From: Candidatus Nezhaarchaeales archaeon
GTDB lineage: Archaea; Thermoproteota; Methanomethylicia; Nezhaarchaeales; WYZ-LMO8
DNA length: 64,000 nt
Assembly: GCA_038887515.1 (NCBI GenBank)
Contig: JAWAKK010000001.1
Coordinates: forward strand, 512,001-576,000
Direction: 5' to 3'
Below the pieces are notes generated by a model. That model was not told the origin of the DNA and ran no database searches. It saw only the letters and a list, made by a program, of their open reading frames with translations. This document shows, piece after piece, positions 59,198 to 64,000 of the stretch. The position numbers were made by a program, and so were the translations under genes. How positions within the stretch are numbered: the stretch's first letter is position 1; each line of letters begins with the position of its first letter.

Positions 59198-60484
59198 ATG
59201 CTACGCAGATCCTTGACCTTCGGCCTCATATTGGTCTGGATGTCTTCAACTGCAACATCTATAGCGATGCCAGCGTTTCTTGGTTATACCACATTAGCTA
59301 TCAGAATAGATGTACTGTACCTATTATCCGGGTTCCTCTACTTAACTTTAAATGCACTTATTGTAGTATTTTCAACACTATTTCTCCGAAGGTTTGAATT
59401 CAGGTATGCCGAGTGGTATATAATTCCATTAGGTTTCACCCTTACACTTTACGGCTCCTCTCTTTACGTGGTTTTCTGCTTTTTGAGATACGTCCACGTC
59501 GAACTATTTATGTGGTTGTCTTTCGCCATTGGAATATCCTTAGCCTCTATGGGTATGTACGCGTTTGCCCGCATAGTTTACGAAAGGAGACCTATAAGAG
59601 CAAGTTTGTTAAGGAAAACATTCATCGTAACTACTATAATTTTAATCCTAGTAACTTCATATTCTACGGTAACCTTAGCTTTAAGGGTGCACATTCATAC
59701 TATGAACCTCAATTCATTCAGCGTAGCTGTACATCTCGTTAACTTCTTAGTGTCCGTGGGATTCTTCACCATATTATCCTTGCCTAAAGTGCATACTCCA
59801 CTTCTTTCAAAGTCCCTTGATCTCTTTGCTTGCGGAATAGTTTCTTTCGGGCTCTTCGGCTTAACGGATGTTTCGTATATGCTGTCGATGGATGTAGGGT
59901 CGAAAATCTTAAGCCAAGCCCTTGGGGTGATTGCACCATCAATGGTGCTTGCAAGTATAATCCTGACCTTAAGGGTTGAAACGGAGATTTTAGACGTCTG
60001 TAGCTTTAGTAGCTCGCGAGGCGTACTGCTTGAGCTGAATCCGACCGGCAATTGGCTTGAAGAAGTAGTTAATAGCATAAAGAGAGAGCGTGAAGATAGG
60101 CTCCTCGTCCTAATAACAAGACCAGCATCGATTCTAGCCTCCTATACGAAGAGCGACGTGATAGCGTTAACTGATTCCTCTTTTACGTATCCTCAGAGCG
60201 CTGGTGCCAGCATTTATAGAGTCTCGCCCGAAGCCACGTATATAGTTAACTTCGTCGATAAGATCAAGAGGGAAGTTAAAAAGCCCGTATGCTTAGTCTT
60301 CGATAACCTCACGGACGTGATAGTGACGTTGGGTGTCAAGGAAGGCTACAAGGTTGCACGTGATGTACTTGGCGTCCTAGATTCCCAGGACGTCGCAATC
60401 TTCATAGTATTCCCTAAGGCTCACAGCGAGAGCGAGATAACGCTAATAAGAACTTTATTTGCTCAGAGAATTGAAGTTACTTAG
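59198..60484 (+). CDS. multi-TM sensor fused to a DUF835-like inactive KaiC domain
   Basis: 7-8 TM helices followed by LVLITRP...VFDNLTD...F..AH. Confidence 0.7.
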   Translation: MLRRSLTFGLILVWMSSTATSIAMPAFLGYTTLAIRIDVLYLLSGFLYLTLNALIVVFSTLFLRRFEFRYAEWYIIPLGFTLTLYGSSLYVVFCFLRYVHVELFMWLSFAIGISLASMGMYAFARIVYERRPIRASLLRKTFIVTTIILILVTSYSTVTLALRVHIHTMNLNSFSVAVHLVNFLVSVGFFTILSLPKVHTPLLSKSLDLFACGIVSFGLFGLTDVSYMLSMDVGSKILSQALGVIAPSMVLASIILTLRVETEILDVCSFSSSRGVLLELNPTGNWLEEVVNSIKREREDRLLVLITRPASILASYTKSDVIALTDSSFTYPQSAGASIYRVSPEATYIVNFVDKIKREVKKPVCLVFDNLTDVIVTLGVKEGYKVARDVLGVLDSQDVAIFIVFPKAHSESEITLIRTLFAQRIEVT

Positions 60485-60508
60485 CCTAAAGAATTATGCG
60501 TAAGGGGT

Positions 60509-60958
60509 TTGATGGAATTGTCCAGCAGCAATGTTGGATGCATATTCTGCAAGATCGTTGCAGGTGCTGAGAAGGCAGTAAAGGTCTACGAAGATAATGT
60601 ATGCATGGCAATCATGGATATAGCACCTGTCAATAAGGGCCACTTGTTAGTCATACCCAAGAAACATTACGGTACCGTGCTTGAAATGCCCTTCGATGAG
60701 GTAGCTCACGTCTTTGGCGTAGCATGTCTCATAGCTAAAGCCGCTAAGAAGGCTCTCGGGGCTGAAGGAATAAACATTCTTCAAAACAACGGTAGAGCCG
60801 CTTGGCAGCATGTATTCCACGTCCACGTGCACGTAATACCTAGATGGTCAGGCGACCTTCTGAACTTATACTGGCCTGCGAGACTAAGTAGCTTCAGCGA
60901 ACTTGAAGATGTAGCGATAAGTATTAGAAGAGAGCTAGATACCATAGAGGTTAAATAA
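60509..60958 (+). CDS. HIT family hydrolase
   Basis: CIFCKI, GHLLVIPKKH, HVHVHVIPR. Confidence 0.95.
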   Translation: MMELSSSNVGCIFCKIVAGAEKAVKVYEDNVCMAIMDIAPVNKGHLLVIPKKHYGTVLEMPFDEVAHVFGVACLIAKAAKKALGAEGINILQNNGRAAWQHVFHVHVHVIPRWSGDLLNLYWPARLSSFSELEDVAISIRRELDTIEVK

Positions 60959-61016
60959 AAGAGTAATACATTAGTTTTAACCTTAAATATCTAAGCAGTC
61001 CCAAATTGTTTACAGT

Positions 61017-61874
61017 CTATAATTCCTGCTTTAGAACCACATAGTTTCTCCTAGAGACCTTTTTGACTTCTACGATCCCCTTACTCTTCAAGGAGCTTAT
61101 CGCTCTAGACAGCGTGCTTTTAGGTAGTGAAAGTTCCCTTACAATTTCGTCTTGGAAGGCTGTGCCTCCACGACCTTTAAGGTAACTTACGATGGCTGCT
61201 TCGACCCCCGACAAGGTCTTCTTACGCCTCTTCAGAAACGCTATGGCTGAAACAAAGACTATTAAGACCACTACGCCTATCGGTACTAGATTCCATAGAT
61301 TCCATGACGGTATCTCGGCGATGCTTGGGGGCTTTGAGGGTATCGAAGCCGGAATGATGTACTCAACTTGGATAGACCCTCTACTGAAGGATAGAGTCAT
61401 TTTGCCATCTTGAACCCTTAGGGTTTTTGGTGCAACATTCAGATTAACTACTTCAGCTTCTTCCGGTAGAGTTAACTCGAAGTCATATGGTGAGGAAATG
61501 CTTATACTCCATATTCCACCAGCCATAGAGCATAGGCTGTAAGTTACGTACTCCACATTGACTTGCTGTGAGCCTAAGGGGTATATGCGTATAGTACTGG
61601 GACTTATGTTGTATGGTAGAGGGATGTAGTTTTCGTCGTAAACTATGACTTGATCGACTTCGGGAGCTCCTATGAGTTCTAGGCACGCCTTCTCGCTTTT
61701 AACATCGCTTAACCTCATGGTTACGTGGGCTGCACCGTTGGGGTAGACATCTATACGTACTATAGGTTCCGCTTGAGTCGCCTGAGAAGAACATAAATCT
61801 ACAGTTGAAGAGCATAACGCGAATACCGCTAAGAACACAATTATACATTTAACATGTTTAATATTATCCTTCAA
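61017..61874 (-). CDS. membrane-anchored regulator: signal peptide, extracellular domain, TM, C-terminal wHTH
   Basis: TM followed by KRRKK and Q.EIVREL.LPKSTLSRAI..L..KG.VE. Confidence 0.8.
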   Translation of the reverse strand: MKDNIKHVKCIIVFLAVFALCSSTVDLCSSQATQAEPIVRIDVYPNGAAHVTMRLSDVKSEKACLELIGAPEVDQVIVYDENYIPLPYNISPSTIRIYPLGSQQVNVEYVTYSLCSMAGGIWSISISSPYDFELTLPEEAEVVNLNVAPKTLRVQDGKMTLSFSRGSIQVEYIIPASIPSKPPSIAEIPSWNLWNLVPIGVVVLIVFVSAIAFLKRRKKTLSGVEAAIVSYLKGRGGTAFQDEIVRELSLPKSTLSRAISSLKSKGIVEVKKVSRRNYVVLKQEL

Positions 61875-61986
61875 GTCGTCATCACCTATTTCAAGCTCCC
61901 TGTTAAAAGTTAACGTTCACCAATACGTACTTTAGTTTTTATAGGCTTAACCTTATATTCACTTTCCGTAACAAAAATGAGGAAGA

Positions 61987-62463
61987 TTATGGTTCTTCCT
62001 CTTCTTTAAATTCAGGTTCCTCTTCTTCTGGTGTTTTGTAGAGTTCTGCTTTGTTGAGAGCAACTTCATTCATTATTTCACTCGATACTAGAATCGGCGC
62101 CTTAGCTATGAAAGCTAAGGCAACTATGTCGCCAGTTCTCCCCTCGATCTCCTTTAGACCTTCATTCGTCTCTAAGGTTATCTTGGTCAAGAACCTTGAT
62201 TCCTCCATGCCTTCAATAACTGCCTTCTTGACTTTCACGTTTAATTGGTTTAGAATGTCCATTATGAAGCCGTGAGCCGTTTGTATGGCCTCACCGTTGA
62301 GCATATACCTGACGCTCATAGCTTGCGCTCCATCCATAACCAATAGTAGAACCCTTTCTCGAGAATCTTCGAGAAAAGCTACCGGAAGAGGTCCTTGAGG
62401 TGTCGAGGTCATTGCTATCCCAGTTACCTTTACCTCTACCAAGTGCTCATCAATATCTTTCAT
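61987..62463 (-). CDS. bifunctional nuclease (DUF151) family protein
   Basis: P.AFLED...R.L, AH......L, D.VALA....API.V; some family motifs diverged. Confidence 0.75.
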   Translation of the reverse strand: MKDIDEHLVEVKVTGIAMTSTPQGPLPVAFLEDSRERVLLLVMDGAQAMSVRYMLNGEAIQTAHGFIMDILNQLNVKVKKAVIEGMEESRFLTKITLETNEGLKEIEGRTGDIVALAFIAKAPILVSSEIMNEVALNKAELYKTPEEEEPEFKEEEEP

Positions 62464-62526
62464 TAGCTCTCTTAGGGAGAGCTCGTTACCCTACTACTTA
62501 AATTTATCTCAGCATGTTGGTTCAAG

Positions 62527-62585
62527 CAGCCTCAGAAGCGCTCGGTTTCTCTCATCAATCGAGAAAGCCGGTGGTCATCATCGAC
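62527..62585 (-). ncRNA. C/D box sRNA
   Basis: Minus strand: ATGATGA(C)-CCACCGGCTTTC-TCGA(D')-TTGATGA(C')-GAGAAACCGAGCGCTT-CTGA(D); intergenic. Confidence 0.75.
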
Positions 62586-62676
62586 AGCGACCTCGACAAG
62601 CTATCTGTTACGTCTTAAAAAGCGACGATATTACTTTTATTCTTTACATCAAAGTTGTGGAAGTTCGTTATTCACT

Positions 62677-63438
62677 TTAAGTCGAGGTTCTCTGCCTAAG
62701 TGTCTCCCTAACAATCATGACGATTGACGCTAATACGTCCCCTAAGTTGGCGTTAACTACTACGTCTGCTACCTCGTCTAATGGTGTTGGCCCTGAATTC
62801 ATTATCACTAGCTTCGCTCCTCTAAGTTTCGCAACTACGGGTAGATAAGTAGCTGGGTAAGTTCGCAACGATGTACCTACAACCAATATTAGGTCGCAAT
62901 TCTTACACTCGTAAAGGGCCTTCTTTAACGTTCCTTGCGGTACCTGGTCGTTGAATAGCACCACCTTTGTCTTAAGAAGGTTGCCGCAGTCTCTGCACCT
63001 TGGAGGGAAGGTTCCCCCCTCGATGTCTATTATAACTTCCTCTATGGGAACAACTTTACCACAGTTCGTGCATAAAGCCTCCCTCACGTTACCATATAGC
63101 TCGATAACGTTTCTAGACCCAGCTTTAAGATGGAGACCATCGACACTTTGAGTTATTATGGATTTAAGCTTGCCCAGACGTTCAAGCTCGGCCAAGGCGT
63201 AGTGAGCTCTAGTTGGCTGGGCATTTAGAGCCACCCTTATTACCTCAAGCTGAAAGCGCCAGAAAGCGCTTGGATCCTTCTTAAGGGAATCGGGACCTAC
63301 TAGTCTCCATAATCCTTGAGAGGGCTCGAAGTGAGGATATTTGTTCTCACTCGATATACAGTCACCGGTCAATGCTACGACTTTTCTTGAGTCCAATATA
63401 ACTTTTGCAACGTCTTGAATGTATTCTGCTAGCGTCAA
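62677..63438 (-). CDS. Sir2/CobB-family protein with degenerate catalytic motifs
   Basis: sirtuin layout (TQ.VDGLH, CTNC/CRDC Zn ribbon, VGTSL..YPA) but GAG->GDC, N->S, catalytic H->Y. Confidence 0.88.
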   Translation of the reverse strand: MTLAEYIQDVAKVILDSRKVVALTGDCISSENKYPHFEPSQGLWRLVGPDSLKKDPSAFWRFQLEVIRVALNAQPTRAHYALAELERLGKLKSIITQSVDGLHLKAGSRNVIELYGNVREALCTNCGKVVPIEEVIIDIEGGTFPPRCRDCGNLLKTKVVLFNDQVPQGTLKKALYECKNCDLILVVGTSLRTYPATYLPVVAKLRGAKLVIMNSGPTPLDEVADVVVNANLGDVLASIVMIVRETLRQRTST

Positions 63439-63507
63439 ACCAGTTTCTCCTCAATAACTGAGCCCTGAGAAGCTTTAACTTATCTCCTCTGCACTATTCA
63501 CGAAGTT

Positions 63508-63915
63508 GTGGAGCCAGTAGTCTACGTCGATTGTAGAGTTGATGGAAAGCTATGCGGTAAGTGCTGTTATAACACTATGATGCCCCTAACTAAGAGAGAT
63601 ATTGAGAGGATTAAAGGCCTAGGCTTTAGGGAAGAGTACTTTGTTGATAGGCGCCGCCGCATCCCAAGGCTTAAAAACATAGAGGGGCACTGCGTCTTCC
63701 TCGATACTAGCACAAATACCTGCATCATCTACCCTGATAGACCTGAAGGTTGCCGCTTATACCCGTTAGTTTACGATGAAGAAAGCGACGCAGTCTTAGT
63801 AGATCCCTTATGCCCAAGGTCCCACTTAATACCACAAAGACGCATAAGGGAACTCAGTAGCGCTCTCCTAAGCTTAATAGACGTGCTGATCAGGGAAAAT
63901 ATGAGCAAAGCGTAG
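63508..63915 (+). CDS. YkgJ family cysteine-cluster protein
   Basis: C..CGKCC, CVFLD....C.IYPDRPEGCRLYP, CP. Confidence 0.88.
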   Translation: MEPVVYVDCRVDGKLCGKCCYNTMMPLTKRDIERIKGLGFREEYFVDRRRRIPRLKNIEGHCVFLDTSTNTCIIYPDRPEGCRLYPLVYDEESDAVLVDPLCPRSHLIPQRRIRELSSALLSLIDVLIRENMSKA

Positions 63916-64000
63916 GTTACCAGACGTTCTCAGGATTACGGTATTGATCTCTAAACCTCAAAGACGTTTGAAGCTAATTTCAGCCGTTAACGATACAAAA

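Noticed and set aside
1-64000. Many 60-240 aa ORFs antisense to or overlapping recognised genes (e.g. 45046-45774, 52343-52870, 32851-33342)
   Set aside because: Shadow ORFs on the opposite strand or frame of well-supported genes, with Ser/Thr/Ile-rich composition and no motifs.
1-64000. Genome-wide reassignment of TAG to pyrrolysine
   Set aside because: Several genes (alba, nfeD, the RAD55 ATPase at 58434-59183) end in TAG at their expected C-termini; only one internal TAG was found.
1-64000. CRISPR arrays, tRNA/rRNA genes, integrases, transposases, provirus
   Set aside because: None recognised by eye; intergenic regions are short and lack periodic repeats.

Overview
Gene-dense archaeal chromosomal segment, most consistent with a thermophilic Thermoproteota (TACK) lineage. 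This is inferred from arcadin-1, a ThermoDBP-related protein, an ArnR-like regulator and Alba co-occurring with CofE, NrpR and a CitG-like gene, a mix reminiscent of Nezhaarchaeales/Methanomethylicia-type genomes. No rRNA, tRNA, CRISPR array, integrase or transposase was recognised. The left half is mostly housekeeping/metabolic, with a reductive-dehalogenase-like gene. At 23.2-27.1 kb lies a tightly coupled cluster: membrane protein, Walker-less HerA/VirB4-like ATPase, small ORF, divergent full-length RadA paralog, SWIM zinc-finger protein and a small degenerate RecA-fold protein. It resembles an archaeal Shu-like recombination-mediator module and is the best candidate for an undescribed system. 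The right half holds a ~21 kb motility island: a chemotaxis cluster (soluble PAS-MCP, cheR, cheB, cheW, frameshifted cheD, cheA, MinD/ParA; no cheY/cheC/cheF in the window), V4R and KaiC/DUF835 signalling genes, and an archaellum operon that combines a crenarchaeal-type ArnR regulator with an ArlC/D/E-like protein. Also seen: three C/D-box-like sRNAs, an apparently catalytically dead sirtuin, an orphan second archaellin, homopolymer frameshifts and one in-frame TAG. All calls come from motif recognition by eye; no database searches were run.
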